DNA of 64,000 nucleotides from a virus (Duplodnaviria; Caudoviricetes). This document shows positions 8,710 through 18,481 of the stretch, in pieces (position 1 is the stretch's first letter; every line of letters starts with the position of its first letter). The position numbers were made by a program, and so were the translations under genes. The stretch lies in the IMG/VR virus record IMGVR_UViG_3300026159_000398. The stretch is one strand, 5' to 3'. The notes below the pieces were generated by a model. That model did no database searches. It had not been told where the DNA came from and saw nothing but the letters and a program-made list of their open reading frames with translations.

Positions 8710-9206
8710 AGCTCAAAGACCTCATAAACTCCTTGTGAATCATGAAGGACGTTGAAGTTCGTGCAGTAATGAACATCAATGTCCCAATCCTCAGTTACTT
8801 CGTCAATCCATTTACAAAAATGGCCATCCACGTCATAATTGTTAAAATTAAAACAATAGTGACATGTATGAGGAAGAGAACCGCTATTAAGCACATAAAG
8901 AACAAGCTCTTTGAGAGCTGCCACAATTTTTGCATATTGAGCATCCCTGATTATATCATCTGCAGTTGTTAATGAAGTTATATTTAAGGTGCCATTTCCG
9001 AGGGTCATGGCGTTTGTAATGACGTTGGTTATACTTGAGGTTGAAGCTCCGACGGTGATCACGAGACCATTGGAAGCTGTGTATGTGGTGCCGCCTGAGA
9101 TGTGAGTGAGCATGTCAGCCCAGAAAGGAGCATCGAACTCGAGCAATTGGAAGACAAGACCCTTAACAAAACGGGTAATTTTGAATTTCAAGTGTACAGT
9201 TAACAT
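8706..9206 (-). CDS. Hypothetical protein with Thr/Ser-rich middle and Cys/His-rich C-terminus
   Basis: GAGG RBS; CHYC...HFC...HYC. Confidence 0.7.
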   Translation of the reverse strand: MLTVHLKFKITRFVKGLVFQLLEFDAPFWADMLTHISGGTTYTASNGLVITVGASTSSITNVITNAMTLGNGTLNITSLTTADDIIRDAQYAKIVAALKELVLYVLNSGSLPHTCHYCFNFNNYDVDGHFCKWIDEVTEDWDIDVHYCTNFNVLHDSQGVYEVFEL

Positions 9207-9250
9207 AGTTGCCTCTTTAAATATATTACACGAATATTAAAAAGAAGGCA

Positions 9251-9808
9251 TTAAATAACCATTATGCCATTCAAAATCAATCCTTCCTCAGGATTGCTGG
9301 CGATAATATAACGCGAAAGATTCTTTAATTCGTTTTGATAAATAAGATTATTGTGTGCTGTGGTCGCGTCAAGTGGAGCATCAGGCGCCTCAACGATCGT
9401 CATGAGCATGCTCGTGTACGCGACAGTTGAATAATAATACCCTTCTGTTTTATTGTCAAAACAAAGAATTTCGGTTTCTTCTGGAATGATGTCAAAGAAG
9501 TCAATTGGTTGAACTTCATCTGTATCTTCGTCGGGTGAGATGAATCTGACTGGCTCCTCATCGAAGCTTTGATAGACTAGAGAAAGGCCATCTTCGGTGG
9601 TAATTATTTTGATGTCTTTTTCCTGAAGGATATGCATCTTGTCCTTCGGAATCATTCGAATACTCAAAGCATCAGTATAAAAATTTACTGCTGAAAAATT
9701 GAGATTGAATTTAGTTACACGGTTTCCTTTGCGACTTGTATTTAAAAAAGAAAACACTTCATAATTGTCGTCGGTTATTTTGACGCTGTCTTTAGTCCTG
9801 ATAAACAT
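9251..9808 (-). CDS. Hypothetical protein, possibly a degenerate Hint fold
   Basis: GAGG RBS; ends ...GLILNGIMVI. Confidence 0.6.
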   Translation of the reverse strand: MFIRTKDSVKITDDNYEVFSFLNTSRKGNRVTKFNLNFSAVNFYTDALSIRMIPKDKMHILQEKDIKIITTEDGLSLVYQSFDEEPVRFISPDEDTDEVQPIDFFDIIPEETEILCFDNKTEGYYYSTVAYTSMLMTIVEAPDAPLDATTAHNNLIYQNELKNLSRYIIASNPEEGLILNGIMVI

Positions 9809-9821
9809 GATATCCTCGAGC

Positions 9822-10187
9822 TCATAATATAGAATCCTCTTTCATCAATTGTTGTAGTTGTTTTGTGAGCTCTGTGTTTATCTGTAATTCTCTTTTTGTT
9901 TGTCGTAATTCTCCTGCTTCAAATAAATCGTTTTTGAAGTCAGGGTCCAGCTTAAAAAAGAATTTATTAAAGGCTTTTGAATTAGCCAAATATTCTTTCG
10001 GTGCTATATATAAAGAAGCGTATGTTTCGCTGACAATTCCATTCCAACCGAAAAAAAGATAATTTTCAAAGGTTGGTTTGATATTTTTTTCTTGGCAGAA
10101 CCGCTTCATCTGACGGTCAAACTTCTGGATTTTCAAAATCCTTAGTTTATTACTCCAACCAAATGTAGGCGCAACGCTTGCATTCAT
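9822..10187 (-). CDS. Hypothetical protein
   Basis: 121 aa ORF; start uncertain. Confidence 0.55.
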   Translation of the reverse strand: MNASVAPTFGWSNKLRILKIQKFDRQMKRFCQEKNIKPTFENYLFFGWNGIVSETYASLYIAPKEYLANSKAFNKFFFKLDPDFKNDLFEAGELRQTKRELQINTELTKQLQQLMKEDSIL

Positions 10188-10398
10188 AGTTAATTATATA
10201 TAACTGCTGCTTTTATGTTTAGGAAAAAGCCGCCCTCTTAAGTATTTAGTATAATGGGCAACTCACCTTTACAGAGTTATTATAGTTTATTTTTGTTGGT
10301 TTCATTTAGGAAAAGTGCGAATTTTTTCTCACTTTTTTTCTAAATAAAATGGCTATGAAAATTATACAATTCTCTATATAAAGAAAGGAGTAAGAACT

Positions 10399-11454
10399 TT
10401 GAAAATTGGCATGATAGCCGACCTCCACATGAATCTTTTCAGGAGGTTTAACCCGTTTTTCGTTCATGTTGAAGCCGCAGTTGATGAGTTTGTTCGCCTT
10501 TGTAAAGAGAAGGAAGTTCAAACGATAGTAATTCCAGGTGATTTTTTCCATACGAAATATCAGCTTTCTACTGAAGCTCTCATCAAAGCAAATAAAATTC
10601 TTCAGAAACTTTTAGACGCCGCTTGGGACCCTCATGTAAAGGTCATTATTATTCGTGGCAATCATGATTCTGCTTCATCAGCCGAACTTGATGTCAACTT
10701 GTGTGAGAATTATCGAAAAGTTCCAGGTGTCATAGTCGTCAATGATTATCAGCGAATTCCAATGGAAGATTGTTTTTTACATTGTATCGCATATTTCGAA
10801 GGTGATGAACTGAAGCAAAAGGTTTTTGACTGTAATTCTGGAAAACCAGCCAGTGATTGGAATAAAAAGAATATTTTGTTCGGCCATTTTGCTGTCGCTG
10901 GTTTTAAGATGAATCAGGATTATGAAGACAAACATGGACTGGACCAAGTTAATTTGCTTGATGCGTTCACAAAAGTCTTTTTGGGACACTTCCACGGCTA
11001 TCAAAATAGAGGGAATACGTATTACATTTCAGCGCCGTTGCAATCAAAACACGGTGATGAGACGTCACAACACGGCTTTTTGTTCTACGACACCTCCAGT
11101 GACATTGTGGAATTTGTTGAAAATAAACTATCACCTTCTTTTATAACATTGCCTCTGGTCAAACAGAGTGTCAAAGACGCTTTAACACTGAAGAACCATT
11201 ATATTCGATTTATTGTCAGCAAGCATGTTTCTCGTGACTTACTCACATCAGTTCGTCAGAAACTGCTCGTTAACAATTATGACGTCGAATATAAGTTCAA
11301 CATAAAGGACGATGTCCTTCAGTTCACATCGATGGAAGGCTTCATAGATTTGAAGCACTATTCGATTGATGAACTCTTCACAGTATACCTACAAGACATA
11401 CAACTACCTACAGATACGACAATTCAAGAATTGCTCAATGCAATTTTGTCGTAG
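10399..11454 (+). CDS. gp47: Recombination endonuclease, Mre11/SbcD-like (T4 gp47-like)
   Basis: Metallophosphoesterase motifs ADLH, GDFFH, GNHD, GHF, GHFH; lies next to gp46. Confidence 0.93.
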   Translation: MKIGMIADLHMNLFRRFNPFFVHVEAAVDEFVRLCKEKEVQTIVIPGDFFHTKYQLSTEALIKANKILQKLLDAAWDPHVKVIIIRGNHDSASSAELDVNLCENYRKVPGVIVVNDYQRIPMEDCFLHCIAYFEGDELKQKVFDCNSGKPASDWNKKNILFGHFAVAGFKMNQDYEDKHGLDQVNLLDAFTKVFLGHFHGYQNRGNTYYISAPLQSKHGDETSQHGFLFYDTSSDIVEFVENKLSPSFITLPLVKQSVKDALTLKNHYIRFIVSKHVSRDLLTSVRQKLLVNNYDVEYKFNIKDDVLQFTSMEGFIDLKHYSIDELFTVYLQDIQLPTDTTIQELLNAILS

Positions 11455-11513
11455 TTTATATTTACAAAAATAACAACAATTATTTCAGAGGTCAATAAAT
11501 ATAATTATATACA

Positions 11514-11591
11514 GGAAGGACAGAGGGTAGCTCCCTTGACTCAGTACCCGAATTACTGAGTCTTACTTCCGATCTTATAATTATATTCGGG
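11514..11591 (+). ncRNA. Structured cis-regulatory RNA leader, copy 1
   Basis: GGAAG/CTTCC outer stem; AGGG-TAGCT-CCCT hairpin; GACTCAGTA/TACTGAGTC stem whose loop CCCGAAT complements ATTCGGG at the RBS. Confidence 0.7.
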
Positions 11592-11600
11592 ATAATTATC

Positions 11601-12134
11601 ATGTCATACGGCTACATTTATCTCATTAGAGACCATTTCACAAATAAAGTTTATGTTGGGCAAAAGAAAGGAGCACCAGAAAGTACTCAAAATTATTTTG
11701 GTTCTGGTCGTATTATTACAAATATTATTGCTCAAAGAAAACATTTATTAGAAAAAATTATTCTTGGTTATTGTGAATCGATGGATGAACTTAATAATGC
11801 TGAAAAATTATGTATTGAGTTTTTTCAAAGCAATAACAGAATTTATGGTTATAATTTAACAAATGGTGGTGAAGGATTTTCTGGATATCATTTTTCAGAT
11901 GAACATAAAAAACATTTGAGAAAAAATAAAAAGATGCCTCCACGATCAATTGAACATCAACGTAAATTAAATGAATCACATACAGGTAAAAAACGAGGAC
12001 CATTATCTGAAGAACATAAGCAAAAATTACGTGATGCTAAAATCAATTATGTTCCATGGAATAATGGAAAACATCTTTCAGAAGAACATAAAAGAAAAAT
12101 TAGTGAGTCAAATAAAAGGAGTAAAAATAAATGA
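11601..12134 (+). CDS. GIY-YIG homing endonuclease with NUMOD3-type repeats
   Basis: GYIY...VYVGQ...YFGSG, GYNLTNGGEG, HLSEEHKRKISES. Confidence 0.9.
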   Translation: MSYGYIYLIRDHFTNKVYVGQKKGAPESTQNYFGSGRIITNIIAQRKHLLEKIILGYCESMDELNNAEKLCIEFFQSNNRIYGYNLTNGGEGFSGYHFSDEHKKHLRKNKKMPPRSIEHQRKLNESHTGKKRGPLSEEHKQKLRDAKINYVPWNNGKHLSEEHKRKISESNKRSKNK

Positions 12135-14053
12135 TCATTCCTCTTCATGTGGAGTTCGAGAACTTTCTTTCGTTCCAGAAATTTCAGAAATTCGATTTTC
12201 AACCACAAGGAATTCACTATATTTATGGTATCAATCACGATGCCGATATAGACCATAATGATTTTACAGCCGATTCGTACAACGTTGGTGTAGGAAAATC
12301 TTCACTGGCGTTGGCACTGCAATACGCTTTTTATGGTGATATCCAGCGAAAAGTCAACAAAGACCAGATAATCAACAAATCTTCCAAAAAGAATTTATAT
12401 GTTGGATTGGAATTTGAAGTCACATCCACTGGTGTCAAATATCAAATAAAGCGCTACAGACGCCATGATGAATTTAAGAATCGATTATTCTTATTTGTTT
12501 GGAATGGAAAGAAATGGGATGACATCTCAGGTGTTGATCTTACTCAAACACAAGAATTCATTGACAAGATTATCATACTGGATATCCGAACTTTTGAGAA
12601 GACTTCATTAATGACTCGCGAAGACAAATTCCAGTTTCTTGAGCTTCCAACTCTGAATCGTGGCCAGATATTCGAGAACATCAGTCAAATAAATAAGTTC
12701 AAAGATTATTGGATTAAAGCCAAAGGACGACTGAAGACGTATGAAGATGCTTTGGTTGACATCAATAACAATATTCTCACAGAGACGACAATCATCAGGC
12801 GTGACAAGCAGTATATTGAAGAGATGAAAGAGAAAGATGAAGAGCGTCGTGATGAACTTCAAAATGAAATTGACGATCTTCAACTGGAATTGGATGAGAT
12901 TATTTCAATTGACATGTCTTTTGACGAAATAATCAGCAATATTGATTCATTTAAAAAGGTATTAAAGGCTCGTGATGAACTTGATGAGAAAATTTCCGCA
13001 TCTGAAGAATACAGAAAAATGTACGAACGAGAGATTAAATCACTCTCGCAAGACGTACAAGATCTTGAAAAAGAATTTGAAGGATGCAAAAATAAAGTTG
13101 ATAACTTTAAACCCAAGAAATGCCATAATTGTGGTGCGGTTCAAGAACAAGCACAATATGAAAAAGAGTACAACGAACTTGTCAACAGACGCGAATCTGT
13201 TTCAAATAAATTGGACTCAAAACGCAAGCTTCTTCAAAACACGCAAGACCGTATGTCTAAAGCCAATGAAATGTATGACCAACTTTATGCTGAAAGAACG
13301 AATAAAACTCATGAATTGGATAAAAGCATTCTTCCTGAATTCATAAAAGTCGCCATCATGGGCGATGATAACGACACAATTACAAATATTAAGACATTAA
13401 ACACAACAATTCAAACTAAAAAATCTGTATTAGCATCAATTGATAGTAAAGATGCGATCAACAAACTTCAAAAGGAAATTAAAGACCATCTGTATATTTT
13501 GAAAGATTGGAATGACAAGAAAAAAGACAATTTGAAGCAGCAATCGATTTACCAATTCTGGCTCAATGTGCTCGACTTCAAATCAGAAAATTCCTTAAAA
13601 CAATTCGTCATCACACAGATCATTCCGTTGTTTAACAATTTCGTGCAGCAAATGATTGATGTAGTTTATAAAGGCAATTTGATTATTTCATTTGATAATT
13701 TCTTTAATGAGACAATCTATTATCAAGGCGAAGAGTGGAAGTATGATGAACTCAGCACAGGCGAAAAGATGAAGTTGAATTTCTGCATCAACCTCGCCAT
13801 CTTCGACCTGACTCGCGTGAATCTTGATAGTTGCAGTGTAATTTTTATGGATGAAATTTTCACGAACGTTGACACACCAACAGTTATTGAATTTTTAGAC
13901 ATCATTCGTGAACGTTATGCTCAAGCGAATGGAATCTACATCATCAGCCATGAGCAGAAAGTCAAAGACAATTTAAAACCGAATTCTACTATTCTCATTG
14001 AGAAGAGAGACAGGGTTTCTGAAATTACTGAAATAAATACATTCAAGGAGTGA
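12131..14053 (+). CDS. gp46: Recombination ATPase, Rad50/SbcC-like (T4 gp46-like)
   Basis: NFLSF, Walker A GVGKSS, coiled coil with CHNC zinc hook, LSTGE signature, IFMDE, ISH. Confidence 0.95.
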   Translation: MIIPLHVEFENFLSFQKFQKFDFQPQGIHYIYGINHDADIDHNDFTADSYNVGVGKSSLALALQYAFYGDIQRKVNKDQIINKSSKKNLYVGLEFEVTSTGVKYQIKRYRRHDEFKNRLFLFVWNGKKWDDISGVDLTQTQEFIDKIIILDIRTFEKTSLMTREDKFQFLELPTLNRGQIFENISQINKFKDYWIKAKGRLKTYEDALVDINNNILTETTIIRRDKQYIEEMKEKDEERRDELQNEIDDLQLELDEIISIDMSFDEIISNIDSFKKVLKARDELDEKISASEEYRKMYEREIKSLSQDVQDLEKEFEGCKNKVDNFKPKKCHNCGAVQEQAQYEKEYNELVNRRESVSNKLDSKRKLLQNTQDRMSKANEMYDQLYAERTNKTHELDKSILPEFIKVAIMGDDNDTITNIKTLNTTIQTKKSVLASIDSKDAINKLQKEIKDHLYILKDWNDKKKDNLKQQSIYQFWLNVLDFKSENSLKQFVITQIIPLFNNFVQQMIDVVYKGNLIISFDNFFNETIYYQGEEWKYDELSTGEKMKLNFCINLAIFDLTRVNLDSCSVIFMDEIFTNVDTPTVIEFLDIIRERYAQANGIYIISHEQKVKDNLKPNSTILIEKRDRVSEITEINTFKE

Positions 14054-14056
14054 GTA

Positions 14057-14383
14057 ATGAAATTAAAAAAGAAAGCAAAGAAAGAACCAACAAAACAAGA
14101 ACTGATGGAAAGACTCTTTCTTGGCAAGAAAGTCATCAACGTCAAAGAAGATTTGAATTGGAGTACCATAAATCTTGAGTTAAATGACGGAACTCTGGTC
14201 ACAATCAAAGGCAGTTCACTCTCAATTTATTGGGGCGTAGCTGAAGATCGCATCGAAGATCTTAAAACAAGAATTGAACATGGCGAACAAGATGTCAACG
14301 AAAAGAAAACCGAAGTTGCAAGAATAGAAGCCATAGTAGGAGAATACAATGCCACGCAACATAGCACCAAAAAGAAAGCATAA
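14057..14383 (+). CDS. Hypothetical protein
   Basis: 108 aa ORF following gp46. Confidence 0.6.
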   Translation: MKLKKKAKKEPTKQELMERLFLGKKVINVKEDLNWSTINLELNDGTLVTIKGSSLSIYWGVAEDRIEDLKTRIEHGEQDVNEKKTEVARIEAIVGEYNATQHSTKKKA

Positions 14384-14741
14384 TGTCTATAATGGCCTTG
14401 ATGCGCGCGTCAAGAAAATTCGCGAAGCTGAAAAGGATTATGCAGAAAAAATTCTTGATGAGATGAGAGAAGCAGGTCGGCCAAAGAAAGGTCAGAGGTA
14501 TATTGAGCTTGAATCGATCATGAAGTTGCCTGTTGGCACGACTGAAAAAGAAATTCTTGGCAAGGTTGTCGTCAATGATGATCATACACCTAATGGTATA
14601 ATTTCATCTGCAAAAAAAGATGGAAGAGCCAAGAAAGGATTCCAGATGTGGCGTGTGACGTCGCAAATTACTGATGAGAAATTCATCAAAGCATTTTCAC
14701 AAATACCAGCATTCAAGAAGAAAATAAAGGTGATGAAGTGA
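14349..14741 (+). CDS. Basic hypothetical protein
   Basis: 130 aa ORF with AGGAG RBS. Confidence 0.65.
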   Translation: MPRNIAPKRKHNVYNGLDARVKKIREAEKDYAEKILDEMREAGRPKKGQRYIELESIMKLPVGTTEKEILGKVVVNDDHTPNGIISSAKKDGRAKKGFQMWRVTSQITDEKFIKAFSQIPAFKKKIKVMK

Positions 14742-14755
14742 GAGAATAAAAGGAT

Positions 14756-14774
14756 GGCCCCGTGTTAGGGGGCC
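14756..14774. terminator. Hairpin between convergent genes
   Basis: GGCCCC-N7-GGGGCC. Confidence 0.4.
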
Positions 14775-14803
14775 TAGAGTTATAGGAGTAAAAACAATGA
14801 GAA

Positions 14804-15583
14804 CTAGCAGGGCAGCAGGTACCCTTCCTTGATATAGTAGCGGAGGTTTTCGATGGACATGTAAGTGTCAGACCACTTGTCCCAATCTATGTTCATATTG
14901 CGTTCCTTCCGATATTCATGCTTGTAGCCGTTAATTACATGCAGATTCTTCCGGCCCATCTTGGTGATCTTGAGACCGGTGTCCTTATTGGCATAGAACC
15001 GGCGGCCTTGGCTGAAACGCTTGAGAACCAGGAATTCAGCACCTTCAAAGATAGCAGCGTCGGCGGCATCCACCTTTTTGGCTTCTTCGGCATCCTTGAG
15101 TGCCCTCTTCAGATCGCTCTCAGTATGAAGAGCTTCTTCCCAACCTAGGTCGTGCTTGTACTGACGAAGGGTCACTATGCGATTCATGATCATATTAACA
15201 ATCAGACCACCATCCTTCATGTCGTTGGCGAGAACGCCGAGCAGTTTGAGATACTCGAGGATTTCGCGGTCTGCGGCCGTGCAGTCAGAAGAGGACCAGC
15301 TTAGCTTGGGTACTATAGTAGGAACTTCATCCCTTGTGTAAGTCGTCCGCTTTTCGTACGTATAGATGTCGATGTCGTAAGTCCAGCTAGAATCAGGCTT
15401 GGGCATCATGAAACGAGTCCGTTCAACTTCCCAGACAACTTGACAATCTTCAAAGCCCATGGCTTTTATAGTGGCAGTCAGATCGGCGGTGGCATCTGCG
15501 TAAAACTTCTTCAGCAACGCCCGCTTTTCTTCAACGATGGCATTTTGCTTTTCAAGTAAATTTTGTATCGTGGCTATTTCCAT
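14804..15583 (-). CDS. Early hypothetical protein (GC-richer than its flanks)
   Basis: 259 aa, AAGGAG RBS, directly downstream of a sigma70-type promoter. Confidence 0.75.
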   Translation of the reverse strand: MEIATIQNLLEKQNAIVEEKRALLKKFYADATADLTATIKAMGFEDCQVVWEVERTRFMMPKPDSSWTYDIDIYTYEKRTTYTRDEVPTIVPKLSWSSSDCTAADREILEYLKLLGVLANDMKDGGLIVNMIMNRIVTLRQYKHDLGWEEALHTESDLKRALKDAEEAKKVDAADAAIFEGAEFLVLKRFSQGRRFYANKDTGLKITKMGRKNLHVINGYKHEYRKERNMNIDWDKWSDTYMSIENLRYYIKEGYLLPC

Positions 15584-15617
15584 TGTTTAACTCCTTTTTA
15601 TTTTTGGTTACAATAAT

Positions 15618-15646
15618 ATCATAACATTAAAAAAGGTTTTTGTAAA
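15618..15646 (-). promoter_or_regulatory. Host sigma70-type early promoter
   Basis: TTTACA-17 nt-TATGAT; near-identical copy at 16241-16269. Confidence 0.75.
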
Positions 15647-15651
15647 TACTT

Positions 15652-15870
15652 TTATTCGTATACTCTTTTCAATTCGATAAATCCGTTCCAACCCAACCCA
15701 TTCAGCTTCCCGCTATTATACTTTGCATGATACTTTTTGCCATTGTCTGCGGTAACATCAGCTTGGCCGCCATTGGTCATCCAAATGTTTTTTAACGTTT
15801 GGTATTCAAGGCTGAAATACTTATTAATTTCTCTCAAGGTATAAAGTCTTCTAGGTACTTTCGAATCCAT
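15652..15870 (-). CDS. Small early hypothetical protein
   Basis: 72 aa, GGAG RBS. Confidence 0.65.
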   Translation of the reverse strand: MDSKVPRRLYTLREINKYFSLEYQTLKNIWMTNGGQADVTADNGKKYHAKYNSGKLNGLGWNGFIELKRVYE

Positions 15871-15873
15871 GAT

Positions 15874-16050
15874 TTACTCCATATCCATGATGAAATACTT
15901 GAGAGCTTCGAATTGAGCGTTGATCGCTTCGTCCTTCGTGACATTGTACGCAGCCATGAAGTCCTTGTCGTCGTGAGTCTTGGCATATTCAACTATCAAC
16001 TGAAGATTCGCAACTCTATCGAGTAAAAAGTTCTTGCTTTTCTTGGTCAT
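15874..16050 (-). CDS. Small early hypothetical protein (58 aa)
   Basis: AAGGAG RBS; MTKKSKNFLLDRVANLQ... Confidence 0.65.
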   Translation of the reverse strand: MTKKSKNFLLDRVANLQLIVEYAKTHDDKDFMAAYNVTKDEAINAQFEALKYFIMDME

Positions 16051-16060
16051 TGTTGGCTCC

Positions 16061-16207
16061 TTATATCATCACGAAATAGTTGAAGCCGTGTTCTTGATAA
16101 TAGGCTTTGAGGCGGCCAAAAAAACGAGCAGTTATATAAGCCTTACCATTTTCAGCGTAAGCTATCACTTGGCCGTTCCGAGTTTTTCTTACTTTTAAGT
16201 TATTCAT
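16061..16207 (-). CDS. Small early hypothetical protein (48 aa)
   Basis: AAGGAG RBS; MNNLKVRKTRNGQVIAYAENG... Confidence 0.6.
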   Translation of the reverse strand: MNNLKVRKTRNGQVIAYAENGKAYITARFFGRLKAYYQEHGFNYFVMI

Positions 16208-16240
16208 TGCTCACTCCTTATTAACTTTGTTTGTAATAAT

Positions 16241-16269
16241 ATCATAACATTAAAAGTGGTTTTTGTAAA
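16241..16269 (-). promoter_or_regulatory. Host sigma70-type early promoter
   Basis: TTTACA-17 nt-TATGAT. Confidence 0.75.
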
Positions 16270-16380
16270 TACTTTTATTATTGAAAAATTGTAAATTTTT
16301 TTTCCTTAAAATAAATATAATTATATAGCCGCACCGCATAGGGCGGCATAACACATCAAACACTCATTGGAGGTTTTATT

Positions 16381-16839
16381 ATGACGTATCTTGATCAACT
16401 TTTTGACGAGGTATTTGATTCTTTTTTTACTTTTCCTGAACGATCAAGACAATTGTTAACTCAAATGTCACGTTCAGAATCACAGCCTCTTGAAAAACGC
16501 TTTCCTTCTCACCCTGTTTCAAACATCTATCTTGAAAAAGATGGAAAAGCCATCTTTGAAATTGCTGTTCCAGGTTTTGACAAAGAAGATATCAAGGTAG
16601 AATTTCTTGATGGGCTTCTTACTGTTAAAGCCCAAAGACAAGAAGAAATGGGCGATAAAGATGAACGTATGTATTTTTGTCAGCGACTGGCTCGTAGAAA
16701 TTTTGAAATTTCATATAAGCTACCAACAGCAGCTGACACAGAAAAGATTGAAAGCGAAATGAAAAATGGAATCTTGAAAATCACGATTCCAGTTAAAGAG
16801 GAAGAAAAGAAAATTCCAAAACAAATTCCAATTCAATAA
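16381..16839 (+). CDS. hsp20: Small heat-shock protein (Hsp20/alpha-crystallin)
   Basis: IAVPGFDKEDIKVE..GLLTV...RRNF...NGILKITIP. Confidence 0.93.
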   Translation: MTYLDQLFDEVFDSFFTFPERSRQLLTQMSRSESQPLEKRFPSHPVSNIYLEKDGKAIFEIAVPGFDKEDIKVEFLDGLLTVKAQRQEEMGDKDERMYFCQRLARRNFEISYKLPTAADTEKIESEMKNGILKITIPVKEEEKKIPKQIPIQ

Positions 16840-16851
16840 TCATGAGAACGA

Positions 16852-16924
16852 GGGCCCTGCAAAACAGGGCCCGACTTATGTTCACATACACACAAAAAAA
16901 GCTCCTCTTTTTTAAGGAGGAGCT
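16852..16924. terminator. Two hairpins between the convergent hsp20 and tail tube genes
   Basis: GGGCCCTG/CAGGGCCC, and AGCTCCTC/GAGGAGCT with a T-tract on the minus strand. Confidence 0.6.
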
Positions 16925-16958
16925 CAGGAAAATATGAGAACTATATGAAATAATCCGC

Positions 16959-17675
16959 TTATGCTGTACCCAAGATGGCCCCTGCATTTTGATAACGTTC
17001 GAGCGGATTAGCTGCTGTGTAATTGTATGTGTAAATTTCAGCAGGATAGATGTTGTCACATGCAAATTCAACATTGACTTTTCTGAATTCACCAGCCGCA
17101 GCATCGTGGTCTGGCATATTGACGTTGACCGGATAGAGGTTTACGATTTCATACTTTTGAAGGTATGGAGGACCACCATGCTCGTCGCAATATTCATCAG
17201 AATATCCAGGAGCGTCAGGTCCATAGACATAAAAGTTTGCAATTGGGAGAACATAGTCTTGTTTGAATCCAATCGCACCAGTTCTCTTATCACCAACGAA
17301 AGCTCTCCAAAGCTGCATGATAGCAGACGTAGAACCATTGACGTAGTCAACGAAGTCTACGTTGAACATATCCATTGGCGCAAATTTTGTGACAGTCTTG
17401 AATTGGTCGTTGAAACGAGGAATTTCAGCGACTTCCAATTTTGGAAGTGGCAAGTTCGATTTGATCAACGAAATTTCGACTGAAGTTGCTGGGTCTCCAC
17501 CAAGAGCGTTCTTGACTGCATTATAAAATGTCTGAACGCCGAACAAAGGGGAGATCGGAGCTTTATTTAACAATAGATCTGTAAGGCCAATGAATCTCAA
17601 CGAGAAACGGTTTGTGTTGATTGTTTGTTCGTTATATACCTTCTTTATCCTGAAGATGTTGCCTTTGCCGGCCAT
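16959..17675 (-). CDS. gp19: Tail tube protein (T4 gp19-like)
   Basis: NRF..., S-x-LP, W...TGAIG..QDY, YEIVNLYP, VEFACD; downstream of the sheath gene. Confidence 0.8.
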   Translation of the reverse strand: MAGKGNIFRIKKVYNEQTINTNRFSLRFIGLTDLLLNKAPISPLFGVQTFYNAVKNALGGDPATSVEISLIKSNLPLPKLEVAEIPRFNDQFKTVTKFAPMDMFNVDFVDYVNGSTSAIMQLWRAFVGDKRTGAIGFKQDYVLPIANFYVYGPDAPGYSDEYCDEHGGPPYLQKYEIVNLYPVNVNMPDHDAAAGEFRKVNVEFACDNIYPAEIYTYNYTAANPLERYQNAGAILGTA

Positions 17676-17783
17676 ACTAAATACCTCTTAATTTTCGAAA
17701 ATAGAGTAATTACTACATTTATTTTACGTTCATAATGAAAAAGATACTATTTTTTTCTCGTTAATTAAATATAATTCTATATA

Positions 17784-17863
17784 CGGAAGGACAAGCAGGC
17801 ATGCCTGATAAGTTGTCACCTCAATTTATCTAACTTCCGCTACATTTTTTATAATTAAGGTGA
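17784..17863 (+). ncRNA. Structured cis-regulatory RNA leader, copy 2
   Basis: CGGAAG/CTTCCG; CAGGCATGCCTG hairpin; GATAAGTTG/CAATTTATC stem whose loop TCACCT complements AGGTGA at the RBS. Confidence 0.7.
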
Positions 17864-17868
17864 TAATT

Positions 17869-18453
17869 ATGAACCAACCGTACGGCTACATTTATTTAAT
17901 TTACGATCATTTTCATAATCATTGTTATATTGGGCAGAAAAAAGGTTTAGTAGAAAAAACAACAGATTATTTTGGTTCAGGAAAAATCATTTTTTCAATT
18001 ATCAAAAAACGTAAACATCATTTAGAAAAACGAATTCTTGGTTATTGTGAAACAAAAGAAGAATTAGATGAGGCAGAAAAAGTATGTGTAGAATTTTATC
18101 AAAGTAATGATAGAAGATATGGTTATAACATTACTACTGGTGGTTCTGGTGGAAGTTTTAAAGGAATAAATAAAGGCAGAAATTTTTCCAACGAACATAA
18201 AAGCAAATTAAGTCAAAAACGCAGATTAAGAATTATTTCTGGAGCAACTAAACACAAAATTAGTGAATCATTAAAAGGTAAACAAAACAATCTTTGGACA
18301 GAAGAAAGTAGAAAAAGAAATAGTAACTCTCATTTAGGCAACCAAAATAAATTAGGTTGTAAATTAAGCCCAGAATCTCGTCAAAGAATTAGTCAATCGC
18401 AACTTGGCAAAAAGCGAGGACCATACAAAAAGAGCCTAGATCAAAAAATCTAG
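17869..18453 (+). CDS. GIY-YIG homing endonuclease, antisense between tail tube and sheath
   Basis: MNQPYGYIY...YIGQ...YFGSG, GYNITTGG; paralog of 11601. Confidence 0.9.
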   Translation: MNQPYGYIYLIYDHFHNHCYIGQKKGLVEKTTDYFGSGKIIFSIIKKRKHHLEKRILGYCETKEELDEAEKVCVEFYQSNDRRYGYNITTGGSGGSFKGINKGRNFSNEHKSKLSQKRRLRIISGATKHKISESLKGKQNNLWTEESRKRNSNSHLGNQNKLGCKLSPESRQRISQSQLGKKRGPYKKSLDQKI

Positions 18454-18460
18454 GCTCTTT
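18429..18460. terminator. Bidirectional intrinsic terminator
   Basis: AAAGAGCCTAGAT-N6-ATCTAGGCTCTTT flanked by A/T tracts. Confidence 0.7.
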
Positions 18461-18481
18461 GTTTTACAATATTTTATTTAG

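Noticed and set aside
9822-10305. ORF 9822-10187 as a frameshifted gp59-like helicase loader
   Set aside because: The resemblance is vague and the upstream frames contain several stops; it cannot be supported without a profile search
11455-12134. Group I intron around the HEG between gp47 and gp46, and around other HEGs
   Set aside because: Flanking genes appear complete with their own starts and stops, and the non-coding flanks are too short for an intron core
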